DNA from: Acutalibacteraceae bacterium
GTDB taxonomy: Bacteria; Bacillota; Clostridia; Oscillospirales; Acutalibacteraceae
DNA: 64,000 nt
NCBI GenBank assembly: GCA_045655905.1
Contig: JAZOQF010000193.1
Location: 1,102-65,101, forward strand
Direction of reading: 5' to 3'
Part shown: positions 1 to 5,895 of the stretch, piece by piece
Numbering within the stretch: the first letter of the stretch is position 1
Layout of the letters: each line of letters begins with the position of its first letter
Translations under genes and position numbers: made by a program
The notes under the pieces: model-generated
The model's input: the letters and a program-made list of their open reading frames with translations, nothing else
What the model was told of the DNA's origin: nothing
The model's database searches: none

Positions 1-326
1 CAATCAAAAGACGCATTGTAGGCGCATACTGCGCGAATGTTGTAGCGTTTGAAAATTGCAAGGATTTCTTGGCGAATGGTGTAGAGGTTGGCAACCTTGC
101 GCGTGCCTGCTTTAATCTCCTCGTAGTATTGGGGGATTTTTTCCGCATAGTAGGCACTCTGCATAAGGTCTTGCTCGCCAAAGAAAACTTCCGCATTCAC
201 ATAGGAATGTTGCTCATAGATGTTGCCCTTGCGGTCGCATACGGCAAAGCCGATGTCGTAGAAAAATGGGTCGTCAAGGGTGTTTGCGGTTTCAGTGTCA
301 AGGACAAGGTAGTAGTGTTTTTTCAT
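1..326 (-). CDS. DEDD-type 3'-5' exonuclease domain protein, N-terminal part (runs off left edge)
   Basis: ATG at 326 lies downstream of promoter 356-384. My translation MKKHYYLVLDTETANTLDDPFFYDIGFAV... carries an Exo I type LDTET motif and stays open to position 1. It replaces the antisense track ORF 69-407. Confidence 0.5.
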   Translation of the reverse strand, partial: MKKHYYLVLDTETANTLDDPFFYDIGFAVCDRKGNIYEQHSYVNAEVFFGEQDLMQSAYYAEKIPQYYEEIKAGTRKVANLYTIRQEILAIFKRYNIRAVCAYNASFD

Positions 327-355
327 AAAAGGCGGTTTCCTTTCGTGGTATACCT

Positions 356-384
356 AATTATAACACAGACAACGAAAAATGTCA
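356..384 (-). promoter_or_regulatory. sigma70/sigmaA-type early promoter
   Basis: Minus strand reads TTGACA-17 bp-TGtTATAAT. Drives the CDS ending at 326. Confidence 0.75.
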
Positions 385-392
385 AGCAAAAA

Positions 393-442
393 GTTGCACA
401 AAAATAAAAAAATTTTTTGTGCAAAATGACGGAGCGCCCGGG
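393..442. promoter_or_regulatory. operator-like inverted repeat plus GC palindrome (copy a)
   Basis: TTGCACAA 393-400 and TTGTGCAA 416-423 with a 15 bp gap, then AATGACG and GCGCCCGGGC 433-442. Sits 8 bp upstream of the -35 at 379-384. Confidence 0.5.
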
Positions 443-458
443 CCGCCTTGAGGGCGGC
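442..458 (-). terminator. GC hairpin after CDS 464-736
   Basis: GCCGCC-TTGAG-GGCGGC stem-loop just past the TAA. No clear U-run follows. Confidence 0.4.
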
Positions 459-463
459 TGACT

Positions 464-736
464 TTACAGCTCGCCCCCATAGTGGCTCTCAAGCATTGTC
501 TCAATTGCCACAATTGCGGAACCCCAAGTTTCCTCATCAGGATACCATTCAGCGCCACGCTCACACAGGAAAACAAGCTCTCCTGTGGTCTCATTCATAA
601 CCTCAATATAGGGGAATGCGTGGTCAGCCAATTTCGCCACAAGTCTTGCTTGACAATAAGAAAGATGGGGATAGGTAATTCGCGCAGTGGGCAGAGGGGA
701 ATAGGTGCGAGAGTCAAGAGTAACGGTATAGGTCAT
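464..736 (-). CDS. hypothetical early protein (90 aa)
   Basis: Internal ATG of track ORF 464-886 (MTYTVTLDS...), with an AAGGAG RBS upstream, its own promoter 765-793 and a TAA stop. Confidence 0.65.
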   Translation of the reverse strand: MTYTVTLDSRTYSPLPTARITYPHLSYCQARLVAKLADHAFPYIEVMNETTGELVFLCERGAEWYPDEETWGSAIVAIETMLESHYGGEL

Positions 737-764
737 AATAGTTCTCCTTTTTTTGTTATACCTA

Positions 765-793
765 ATTATAGCACATTTTTGGTCTCTTGTCAA
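765..793 (-). promoter_or_regulatory. sigma70/sigmaA-type early promoter
   Basis: Minus strand TTGACA-17 bp-TGcTATAAT, preceded by an AAAAATTTTTTT tract. Confidence 0.75.
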
Positions 794-816
794 GAGGTTT
801 GGCAAAAAAATTTTTC

Positions 817-843
817 CGCCCGGGCCGCTGCCAAAATTTACCA
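817..843. repeat. 27-nt intergenic repeat, copy 1
   Basis: cgcccgggccgctgccaaaatttacca is identical to 1431-1457. Confidence 0.85.
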
Positions 844-856
844 TTTTTCGCATAAG

Positions 857-878
857 AAAAAAGAGGGACAAGCCCTCT
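857..878 (-). terminator. intrinsic terminator
   Basis: AGAGGG-loop-CCCTCT stem followed on the minus strand by U6. Confidence 0.7.
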
Positions 879-882
879 TTTC

Positions 883-1308
883 TCACTCTGCTTTTGCCTT
901 GTTCCGTCTTGCAGAGTCAGCCGCAATCTTGCGAGCCTTTTTCTCTGCGGCGGCTTTGGCTTTCTGTGCCTTTTCCTCCAAGTCAATCGCATAGGACTCC
1001 AACTCTGCGTTGATGTCGGTATCCAATGCCTTGATTTTGAGGTCAATGGCGATGGTGATAGCACCAGAGCCTCCCTCGTTAGAGATGCCATCTGCGATGG
1101 CGTCGCAAGGGATTTCTACAAGGACACCGTCTGCGGCTCTGCCGACTACCTCAAACTGCTCTGCGAAATCCTCGCAAAGTGCGGCAAGCAACTCTGCTTT
1201 GAGGGCATTTCGTTCAGTTTGATGGATTTGCTCAATGCCAGCGGAATTGACGGTCACACGAAAATCTCTGTCCTTGATGGCGGAAATGAGTGCGGAAAAA
1301 TGAGTCAT
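883..1308 (-). CDS. hypothetical early protein (141 aa) with Lys/Ala/Glu-rich C-terminal tail
   Basis: Track ORF with ATG start, AGAGAGG RBS, promoter 1343-1371 and TGA stop. Confidence 0.7.
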   Translation of the reverse strand: MTHFSALISAIKDRDFRVTVNSAGIEQIHQTERNALKAELLAALCEDFAEQFEVVGRAADGVLVEIPCDAIADGISNEGGSGAITIAIDLKIKALDTDINAELESYAIDLEEKAQKAKAAAEKKARKIAADSARRNKAKAE

Positions 1309-1342
1309 ACCTAATACCTCTCTTTTGTTTTATTGTACTATA

Positions 1343-1371
1343 ATTATAACGCAAATTGCGGTAAAAGTCAA
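1343..1371 (-). promoter_or_regulatory. sigma70/sigmaA-type early promoter
   Basis: Minus strand TTGACT-17 bp-TATAAT. Confidence 0.7.
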
Positions 1372-1379
1372 TAGGCAAA

Positions 1380-1439
1380 TTGCACAAACTTTTACGAAAA
1401 TTGGAATGGAATTTGTGCAAAATGACGAAGCGCCCGGGC
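1380..1439. promoter_or_regulatory. operator-like inverted repeat plus GC palindrome (copy b)
   Basis: TTGCACAA 1380-1387 and TTGTGCAA 1413-1420 with a 25 bp gap, then AATGACG and GCGCCCGGGC 1430-1439. Sits 8 bp from the -35 at 1366-1371. Confidence 0.5.
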
Positions 1440-1457
1440 CGCTGCCAAAATTTACCA
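1431..1457. repeat. 27-nt intergenic repeat, copy 2
   Basis: Identical to 817-843. Confidence 0.85.
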
Positions 1458-1469
1458 ATTCGCGACAAT

Positions 1470-1496
1470 AAAAAAGAGAGGGGCTTTCGCCCCTCT
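1470..1496 (-). terminator. intrinsic terminator
   Basis: AGAGGGGC-GAAA-GCCCCTCT stem followed by a U-run on the minus strand. Confidence 0.8.
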
Positions 1497-1500
1497 TGCA

Positions 1501-1809
1501 TTAGTCAAACAGATTTACCGTAGGGGTAGGCTCTGCGACCTTTGCGGACTTCTTACGCTCTACCTTGACAGTGGGGTCAGCGGTGGAGATGGTAAGAGCA
1601 AGATGTGCGTACACAGTGTTACCTGTGAGATGGTCTTTCGCGACAGGAATGGAAAGACCGCCATTGACATTGGTCACAACCTCTGCGAGATTGGGGTTAG
1701 AGCCAAGTGCGGAAACTACCTGCCCCATAACCTGAGTCGCTACCATAGAGCGAACCTTTGCGGAAACATTGCCCTTCTCGTTAGTGAAAGAAATTACAGA
1801 CATAGCCAT
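1501..1809 (-). CDS. hypothetical early protein (102 aa)
   Basis: Track ORF with ATG start, GGAGAAAGG RBS, promoter 1865-1893 and TAA stop. Confidence 0.7.
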   Translation of the reverse strand: MAMSVISFTNEKGNVSAKVRSMVATQVMGQVVSALGSNPNLAEVVTNVNGGLSIPVAKDHLTGNTVYAHLALTISTADPTVKVERKKSAKVAEPTPTVNLFD

Positions 1810-1864
1810 AGTGGAAAAACCTTTCTCCGTTTTTAAGAGTGACGGCTCTCTTATTTACATACAT

Positions 1865-1893
1865 ATTATACCACAACCTTGGTGGTTTGTCAA
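1865..1893 (-). promoter_or_regulatory. sigma70/sigmaA-type early promoter
   Basis: Minus strand TTGACA-17 bp-TGgTATAAT. Confidence 0.75.
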
Positions 1894-1967
1894 GAGGTTC
1901 TTGAAAGTTTTTTGCAAAAACTTTTTACAGACCAAGCAACGCAATCTCTGTTTTCCACTCTTGACAT
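1890..1967 (-). CDS. possible leaderless micro-ORF (25 aa, MSRVENRDCVAWSVKSFCKKLSRTS)
   Basis: The ATG lies 4 nt after the -10 of promoter 1972-2000, and the TGA stop sits inside the next -35 hexamer. The ATGTCAAG start context is shared with 5749. Confidence 0.2.
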   Translation of the reverse strand: MSRVENRDCVAWSVKSFCKKLSRTS

Positions 1968-1971
1968 AACT

Positions 1972-2000
1972 ATTATACCGCATCTTCCGCCAAAAGTCAA
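1972..2000 (-). promoter_or_regulatory. sigma70/sigmaA-type early promoter
   Basis: Minus strand TTGACT-17 bp-TATAAT. Confidence 0.65.
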
Positions 2001-2012
2001 GACTTTGTTGTT

Positions 2013-2078
2013 CGTCATTTTGCACAAAGTTTTTTGTTTTTTGAGAGGGAATTTGTGCAAAATGACGGGCGCCCGGGC
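2013..2078. promoter_or_regulatory. operator-like inverted repeat with 16-bp arms plus GC palindrome (copy c)
   Basis: cgtcattttgcacaaa 2013-2028 is the reverse complement of tttgtgcaaaatgacg 2052-2067. GCGCCCGGGC lies at 2069-2078. Confidence 0.55.
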
Positions 2079-2080
2079 GA

Positions 2081-2096
2081 GTTAGCATATGCTAAC
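2081..2096 (-). terminator. perfect 16-bp palindrome hairpin overlapping the TAG stop
   Basis: GTTAGCATATGCTAAC. No U-run follows, so function is uncertain. Confidence 0.3.
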
Positions 2097-2346
2097 TCTC
2101 CCACTTTTTTGCGACTTCTTTCGCGTGGAGTTCTTCTTTAAGTAGTTGTTCTACACCAATTTCAACGCCCTCTTTAATGGTGTCAAAATCGTCCACAGAA
2201 AAATAATAAGTGTCTCTATATTTTGTGCGAAATATTTTCCAATTTGGTCTTACTACCTCGTATATACTAACTTCGCACATCGCACAACCAATAGAATAAG
2301 CACGACATTCAAAAGTACGCCCTTCTTTTTCAATAACTACTACCAT
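2092..2346 (-). CDS. hypothetical early protein (84 aa) ending in TAG
   Basis: Internal ATG of track ORF 2092-2406 (MVVVIEKEGRTFE...), with GTGAGGT RBS and promoter 2378-2406. This is the only early-region gene whose stop is TAG. Confidence 0.6.
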   Translation of the reverse strand: MVVVIEKEGRTFECRAYSIGCAMCEVSIYEVVRPNWKIFRTKYRDTYYFSVDDFDTIKEGVEIGVEQLLKEELHAKEVAKKWES

Positions 2347-2377
2347 AATGGATACCTCACTTTTTATTTCTATACAT

Positions 2378-2406
2378 ATTATATCATAAGACATACCAAA
2401 AATCAA
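2378..2406 (-). promoter_or_regulatory. sigma70/sigmaA-type early promoter
   Basis: Minus strand TTGATT-17 bp-TGaTATAAT. Confidence 0.6.
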
Positions 2407-2431
2407 TGGTCAAAGTATACAAAATAAAACC

Positions 2432-2464
2432 GTACAATTGTGCAAAATGACGAAGGCCGGGCGG
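2432..2464. promoter_or_regulatory. operator-like element with abutting half-sites (copy d)
   Basis: GTACAATTGTGCAA followed by AATGACG and a degenerate GGCCGGGCGG. Confidence 0.35.
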
Positions 2465-2602
2465 TTATTCAAAACCGCGCTGCTTCTGCTTGCGTAGCTG
2501 CTTGTCCAGCTTTTCTTGCTTCGTGGGCGTTTTCCGCGTGTACAAGCCGCCCCAAGTGGGGCGCTGCTTGCGTTCCTGTTTTTCAATGTTCTTTTTCAGC
2601 AT
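2465..2602 (-). CDS. small basic protein (45 aa)
   Basis: The ATG follows an AAGGAGAG that overlaps the TAA of 2615-3118. Sequence MLKKNIEKQERKQRPTWGGLYTRKTPTKQEKLDKQLRKQKQRGFE, below the track size cutoff. Confidence 0.5.
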   Translation of the reverse strand: MLKKNIEKQERKQRPTWGGLYTRKTPTKQEKLDKQLRKQKQRGFE

Positions 2603-2614
2603 CTCTTGCTCTCC

Positions 2615-3118
2615 TTATAGCGTCTTGCTTTCCGCTACAAAATATTTGGCGTTGTACTTGCTCAAAATAGCCTTTACTATCTCGCTTTCGTGCTGCGTAG
2701 GGCAATAGCAATTTACAATAGCATACTTGTCTGCCACCAAGATGTTATTTGCAATGCCTAATTGTTGTAGCGTTTTCACCAACTCCGCGCTTTCGTGTAG
2801 CGGAACTGTTGCTTCCACTTTCCAGAGTTTATCCTTGCGCTTCTTGAACTCTACTGCTTTCACGACATACACGCCAATGAGGTTAGCAATGCCAATGATA
2901 ACTGCTTTCCAGAAAAGACCAAGACCGTCAATGGTCATATAGACCACGACAACCGTATAAAGCGCATAGGCTACTGCGTTTGTGGCTGCTGCCGCCCACG
3001 CTCCCCATTTTACGGTGGCGATGCTCTTGATGGTTTGGATAACAACATTGACAATATTAAGGGCTACAAAGACCCAGAGAAAAACCGATAACTCAAAACT
3101 AAACCAATCCATATTCAT
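2615..3118 (-). CDS. integral membrane protein (167 aa), UPF0316/DUF2179-like layout
   Basis: Track ORF with hydrophobic helices in the N-terminal ~100 aa and a soluble C-terminal domain. The family call is from memory of that layout only. Confidence 0.6.
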   Translation of the reverse strand: MNMDWFSFELSVFLWVFVALNIVNVVIQTIKSIATVKWGAWAAAATNAVAYALYTVVVVYMTIDGLGLFWKAVIIGIANLIGVYVVKAVEFKKRKDKLWKVEATVPLHESAELVKTLQQLGIANNILVADKYAIVNCYCPTQHESEIVKAILSKYNAKYFVAESKTL

Positions 3119-3138
3119 TCTCCTTTTGTTTACAATCT

Positions 3139-3167
3139 ATTATAACACATTGTGGTGCTTTTGTCAA
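3139..3167 (-). promoter_or_regulatory. sigma70/sigmaA-type early promoter
   Basis: Minus strand TTGACA-17 bp-TGtTATAAT. Confidence 0.75.
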
Positions 3168-3176
3168 GGTATAATG

Positions 3177-3227
3177 TTGCACAAAGATAATGCGGCGAAA
3201 TTGTGCAAAATGACGGCGCGCCCGGGC
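3177..3227. promoter_or_regulatory. operator-like inverted repeat plus GC palindrome (copy e)
   Basis: TTGCACAA 3177-3184 and TTGTGCAA 3201-3208 with a 16 bp gap, then AATGACG and GCGCCCGGGC 3218-3227. Confidence 0.5.
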
Positions 3228-3229
3228 CA

Positions 3230-3250
3230 CCCTCTCCTTAACGGAGAGGG
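3230..3250 (-). terminator. GC hairpin overlapping stop codon
   Basis: CCCTCTCC-TTAAC-GGAGAGGG. Confidence 0.5.
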
Positions 3251-3462
3251 ATTTCCCAAGCGACCATACCGCAATCTAATGCGTATAGGTGCACACCACG
3301 CTTTTTGCCGTTGCATTCCAAGCCGTTTCGTGCGTTGCTGCGCTTCAAAGACATTGCGATTTTGTAGCAGATTCCGCACACAAGGCTACGGTCATCGGTT
3401 AAGCCGATGCGTTCAAAAACTTCACCAGTTTCGTAGTTGACGATGCGATAAGCGATATCCAT
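3238..3462 (-). CDS. hypothetical early protein (74 aa)
   Basis: Internal ATG of track ORF 3238-3522 (MDIAYRIVNYETGE...), with GAGGAG RBS, promoter 3494-3522 and TAA stop. Confidence 0.6.
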   Translation of the reverse strand: MDIAYRIVNYETGEVFERIGLTDDRSLVCGICYKIAMSLKRSNARNGLECNGKKRGVHLYALDCGMVAWEIPLR

Positions 3463-3493
3463 AATAAGTTCTCCTCTTGTTTGGTTATACCTA

Positions 3494-3522
3494 ATTATAC
3501 CACGGATCGGGACAAAAGTCAA
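3494..3522 (-). promoter_or_regulatory. sigma70/sigmaA-type early promoter
   Basis: Minus strand TTGACT-17 bp-TGgTATAAT. Confidence 0.7.
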
Positions 3523-3560
3523 GGGTTTTGCGAAAAAAATTTTTTGGCCCGGGCTAGGCC

Positions 3561-3579
3561 GCGAGGGTCAAGCCCTCGC
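3561..3579 (-). terminator. GC hairpin overlapping stop codon
   Basis: GCGAGGG-TCAAG-CCCTCGC. Confidence 0.5.
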
Positions 3580-3999
3580 TTCCAGCCATTCTACCATTTT
3601 TCTACTCTCGTCTTTCGCTCTGATTTTGGTCTTGCTACCATTTTTCTCGCTCTCGCGGGTCAAGTAGCCAAATTCGGTAACGAAAGTTCTAAACTCGCTC
3701 GCGTTCATCTCGTAGACCTTGAACTCGCGACTTACATAGGCGAAAGTCTTGCTCGCGACTCTTGCGAAATAATCGTCAAGCATCTCGCTCATTGTAGAGC
3801 CTTTCAGTTGCCCACCAGAGCAGAGGGAGAACTTGGCACTCTTGACGCTCATATCAAGTTCGGGGATATCAGAGCCTTCATACCATTTGAGATTGCCGTG
3901 CTTGCGGAGGCAACCAGTCTTTTCGTATGTAAGGGAGGCTTCACAGTTTTGACCGTGATTGGCATAAGCGGAGATATTAGAAATAAAGTAAGTAGTCAT
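3568..3999 (-). CDS. early paralog family member 1 (143 aa)
   Basis: Track ORF. Shares an N-terminal NHGxN..E, a central S(A/V)K(S)A...C.G and a C-terminal ESEKNG..K.R.KDES..M.E.LE.RA with 5881-6282 and 6493-6894. Confidence 0.7.
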   Translation of the reverse strand: MTTYFISNISAYANHGQNCEASLTYEKTGCLRKHGNLKWYEGSDIPELDMSVKSAKFSLCSGGQLKGSTMSEMLDDYFARVASKTFAYVSREFKVYEMNASEFRTFVTEFGYLTRESEKNGSKTKIRAKDESRKMVEWLEARA

Positions 4000-4032
4000 T
4001 TGGGGTATCCTTTCCTCTTGTGGTTATACCTA

Positions 4033-4061
4033 ATTATAACATACCTCGGGCAGTTTGTCAA
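4033..4061 (-). promoter_or_regulatory. sigma70/sigmaA-type early promoter
   Basis: Minus strand TTGACA-17 bp-TGtTATAAT. Confidence 0.75.
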
Positions 4062-4200
4062 GGGGTTTGGCGAAATTTTTTTTGAAATTTTTTTGTGGCT
4101 ACTGCTGCTGCTCGCATTGGTAAAATTTACCAGGGGCGCTAGCGCGCCCGGGCTGCTTATTTTATCCTTCAGGGATCCGGGCAGCCGGGCCGGGCGCAAT

Positions 4201-4228
4201 AAAAAAGGCCTGCCGAATCCGGCAGGCC
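4201..4228 (-). terminator. intrinsic terminator
   Basis: GGCCTGCC-loop-GGCAGGCC followed by U6 on the minus strand. Confidence 0.8.
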
Positions 4229-4233
4229 CGCGG

Positions 4234-4515
4234 TTAGGGATTTTCCCTAACCTCTGCGGTATGGATGTTGAGCCGCTCATTGCATTCGTAGCAAGTTTTT
4301 GCGGCATAGTAGTCAAACGGCTTGCAGTATTCGCGCATAAAAGCGGAAATGTGTCTGCGGGTAGTTGCGGAATAAAGCCCGTATACGGTTAGCCATCCGT
4401 CCGCGTCAAGTTCGGCTACGCGCGTATAGTAAGAGTAAAGATGGATGTTGCCGTTGTCGTCAATCTCAATGTGTGCTTGTGCATAGGGCATTGCGGAAAG
4501 TTTCTTGATAGTCAT
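4234..4515 (-). CDS. hypothetical early protein (93 aa)
   Basis: Track ORF with ATG start, AAGAGGA RBS, promoter 4549-4577 and TAA stop. Confidence 0.7.
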   Translation of the reverse strand: MTIKKLSAMPYAQAHIEIDDNGNIHLYSYYTRVAELDADGWLTVYGLYSATTRRHISAFMREYCKPFDYYAAKTCYECNERLNIHTAEVRENP

Positions 4516-4548
4516 TGTTGTTATCCTCTTTTCTTTTGGTTGTACCTT

Positions 4549-4577
4549 ATTATACCATATATCGGGCAGTTTGTCAA
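4549..4577 (-). promoter_or_regulatory. sigma70/sigmaA-type early promoter
   Basis: Minus strand TTGACA-17 bp-TGgTATAAT. Confidence 0.75.
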
Positions 4578-4611
4578 GGGTTTTGATGAAAAAAGTTGAA
4601 ATTTTTTGTAG

Positions 4612-4636
4612 AAAAAAAGAGGGACATTATCCCTCT
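4612..4636 (-). terminator. intrinsic terminator
   Basis: AGAGGGA-loop-TCCCTCT followed by U7 on the minus strand. Confidence 0.75.
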
Positions 4637-4752
4637 TTGTGTAGCGCGTGGCTTGGGCATTCTGTACAGTGACAGTTGAAGCACATTTCCTCATCCTCGT
4701 GGGGATTGCGGTCACACCAACGCTCTGGTTTTTCTATGATATTTGTAGTCAT
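4627..4752 (-). CDS. Cys-rich small protein (41 aa, probable zinc binder)
   Basis: My translation is MTTNIIEKPERWCDRNPHEDEEMCFNCHCTECPSHALHKEG, with AGAGGAAAG RBS and promoter 4785-4813. The track ORF 4521-4715 is in another frame and lacks these signals. Confidence 0.5.
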   Translation of the reverse strand: MTTNIIEKPERWCDRNPHEDEEMCFNCHCTECPSHALHKEG

Positions 4753-4784
4753 TTGTCTTTCCTCTTTCTTTTTTGTTATAACTA

Positions 4785-4813
4785 ATTATACCACATATCG
4801 GGTAGTTTGTCAA
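4785..4813 (-). promoter_or_regulatory. sigma70/sigmaA-type early promoter
   Basis: Minus strand TTGACA-17 bp-TGgTATAAT. Confidence 0.75.
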
Positions 4814-4965
4814 TAGGTTTGTAAAAGTTTTTTATTTTTTCTGCGAGTTTTTCGCTTGCCTTGTTTTTTATCCTCGCGCAATTTTCTGAGCCTTGCGCGC
4901 TGACAACAAAAAGCACGCGCGAACTTATCCTCTTTATAGTCTTTTTTATGTTCGTTGTTCGCCAT
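4810..4965 (-). CDS. very basic small protein (51 aa)
   Basis: My translation is MANNEHKKDYKEDKFARAFCCQRARLRKLREDKKQGKRKTRRKNKKLLQTY, with AGAGAGG RBS. The TGA stop is embedded in the next -35 hexamer (TATTGACA). Confidence 0.5.
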   Translation of the reverse strand: MANNEHKKDYKEDKFARAFCCQRARLRKLREDKKQGKRKTRRKNKKLLQTY

Positions 4966-4989
4966 TGTTTTTACCTCTCTTTTGTATAT

Positions 4990-5018
4990 ATTATACCATA
5001 TTTCGGCTCATTTGTCAA
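4990..5018 (-). promoter_or_regulatory. sigma70/sigmaA-type early promoter
   Basis: Minus strand TTGACA-17 bp-TGgTATAAT. Confidence 0.75.
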
Positions 5019-5058
5019 GAGTTTCGGCGAAAATTTTTTTGGCGCCCGGGCCGCGGCC

Positions 5059-5077
5059 GAGAGGGATGTTCCCTCTC
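5059..5077 (-). terminator. GC hairpin overlapping stop codon
   Basis: GAGAGGGA-TGT-TCCCTCTC, followed by GGCCGCGGCCCGGGCGCC. Confidence 0.45.
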
Positions 5078-5237
5078 AAGCCACCTCTGTATAGGTAACA
5101 ACATTGTTGACGGTATACAGTTTTTCAATCTTGATTGACGGATTGGTTTTGAAGACATAGTTGCAAAACTCACCGCCATTTTCAAAATAGAGTCTGCCGT
5201 TGTTAAGGGTTACGATGATATAGGAAAGATGTGCCAT
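5076..5237 (-). CDS. hypothetical small early protein (53 aa)
   Basis: My translation is MAHLSYIIVTLNNGRLYFENGGEFCNYVFKTNPSIKIEKLYTVNNVVTYTEVA, with AGAGGTAAA RBS and promoter 5271-5299. Below the track cutoff. Confidence 0.55.
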   Translation of the reverse strand: MAHLSYIIVTLNNGRLYFENGGEFCNYVFKTNPSIKIEKLYTVNNVVTYTEVA

Positions 5238-5270
5238 AATTTTTACCTCTTTTTCTTTTTGTTATACCTA

Positions 5271-5299
5271 ATTATACCATATCGGGAGAGGGATGTCAA
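5271..5299 (-). promoter_or_regulatory. sigma70/sigmaA-type early promoter
   Basis: Minus strand TTGACA-17 bp-TGgTATAAT. Confidence 0.75.
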
Positions 5300-5347
5300 G
5301 GGGTTTTGAAAAAAAGTTAAAAAATTTTTTGGCGCCCGGGCCGCGCA

Positions 5348-5384
5348 CGAAAGCACCCCAAGCAAGAGGAAAAACTTGGGGTGC
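5348..5384 (-). terminator. intrinsic terminator of the RNA cassette
   Basis: GCACCCCAAG-12 nt loop-CTTGGGGTGC, a 10-bp stem followed by CUUU on the minus strand. Confidence 0.65.
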
Positions 5385-5562
5385 CAAATAGGGGAACCGA
5401 AGCCCACACCTATTTTGTTCAATTTTAATTTACCCTTATTTTTAAGGGTTGAGTGTTGTAAAAGGGAAGCCTTGCAAGGTGACTTCTCCCCTCTCCTAGC
5501 ACCTTTTCTCCCTCTGCGAGAGTGGCAGCCTTGAAGTACAGTTCGTCGTCCTTCCCTCTTAC
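5348..5562 (-). ncRNA. candidate structured small RNA (~215 nt)
   Basis: Lies between consensus promoter 5569-5597 and terminator 5353-5384. The transcript contains no AUG. A closing helix GUAAGAGGGAAG / CUUCCCUUUUAC is present, plus hairpins AAGGUG..CACCUU, ACCCUUA..UAAGGGU and AAAUAGG..CCUAUUU. Confidence 0.4.
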
Positions 5563-5568
5563 ACTCAT

Positions 5569-5597
5569 ATTATACCACAAAACTTGTGGTTTGTCAA
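5569..5597 (-). promoter_or_regulatory. sigma70/sigmaA-type early promoter
   Basis: Minus strand TTGACA-17 bp-TGgTATAAT. The -10 abuts the ATG of track ORF 5425-5610, which argues against that ORF. Confidence 0.75.
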
Positions 5598-5668
5598 GGG
5601 ATTTCTGCAAAAAACTTTAGAATTTTTTGCATCCTCGTGCGTTCCTATGCGACTCGTCTATCGCAATT

Positions 5669-5749
5669 TTATGAGCACTAAGGTCTATTGCTACTTCCAA
5701 CCGTAGCCCCACACCGCAGATGTGGCTCAGAGGTATCTCCCCTTGACAT
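5669..5749 (-). CDS. possible leaderless micro-ORF (MSRGDTSEPHLRCGATVGSSNRP, then TAG-CS-TAA) or short RNA
   Basis: The ATG lies 4 nt after the -10 of promoter 5754-5782. The ATGTCAAG context matches 1967. The region also folds into several small hairpins. Confidence 0.2.
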
Positions 5750-5753
5750 TATT

Positions 5754-5782
5754 ATTATAACATATTGTGGCTTGCTTGTCAA
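5754..5782 (-). promoter_or_regulatory. sigma70/sigmaA-type early promoter
   Basis: Minus strand TTGACA-17 bp-TGtTATAAT. Confidence 0.7.
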
Positions 5783-5791
5783 TATGGCATT

Positions 5792-5851
5792 TTGCACAAA
5801 CTTTGGGGCTGCTGGCGCGCAGCTTTTGTGCATATTGACGGGCGCCCGGGC
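5792..5851. promoter_or_regulatory. operator-like inverted repeat plus GC palindrome (copy f)
   Basis: TTGCACAA 5792-5799 and TTGTGCAt 5826-5833 with a 26 bp gap, then ATTGACG and GCGCCCGGGC 5842-5851. Confidence 0.45.
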
Positions 5852-5866
5852 GCTAGCGGCCGGGGC

Positions 5867-5895
5867 AAAAAAGAGAGGGCTTATACCGCCCTCTC
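5867..5895 (-). terminator. intrinsic terminator
   Basis: GAGAGGGC-loop-GCCCTCTC overlapping the TAA, followed by U6 on the minus strand. Confidence 0.75.

Noticed and set aside
69-407. A 112-aa plus-strand track ORF at the left edge.
   Set aside because: The opposite strand carries a promoter, an RBS and an exonuclease-motif ORF (1-326). The plus ORF starts at TTG with no signals.
1855-2088. A 77-aa minus-strand track ORF. Similar ORFs span other intergenic control regions, for example 3996-4316, 6279-6578 and 762-1091.
   Set aside because: They run through terminator hairpins, GC palindromes and promoter hexamers, and their apparent length comes from GC-rich repeats.
5425-5610. A 61-aa minus-strand track ORF.
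   Set aside because: Its only ATG (5568) directly abuts the -10 hexamer, so it lies upstream of the transcription start. The upstream part of the ORF spans the promoter itself.
5611-5750. A possible tRNA or suppressor tRNA in the hairpin-rich stretch, or elsewhere in intergenic DNA.
   Set aside because: I found no cloverleaf: no 7-bp acceptor stem with matching 3' end, no GTTCRANNC T-loop, and no 7-nt anticodon loop with CUA. The only GGTTCG/TTCGAA strings I saw lie inside coding sequence. A tRNAscan-SE run is still needed to be certain.
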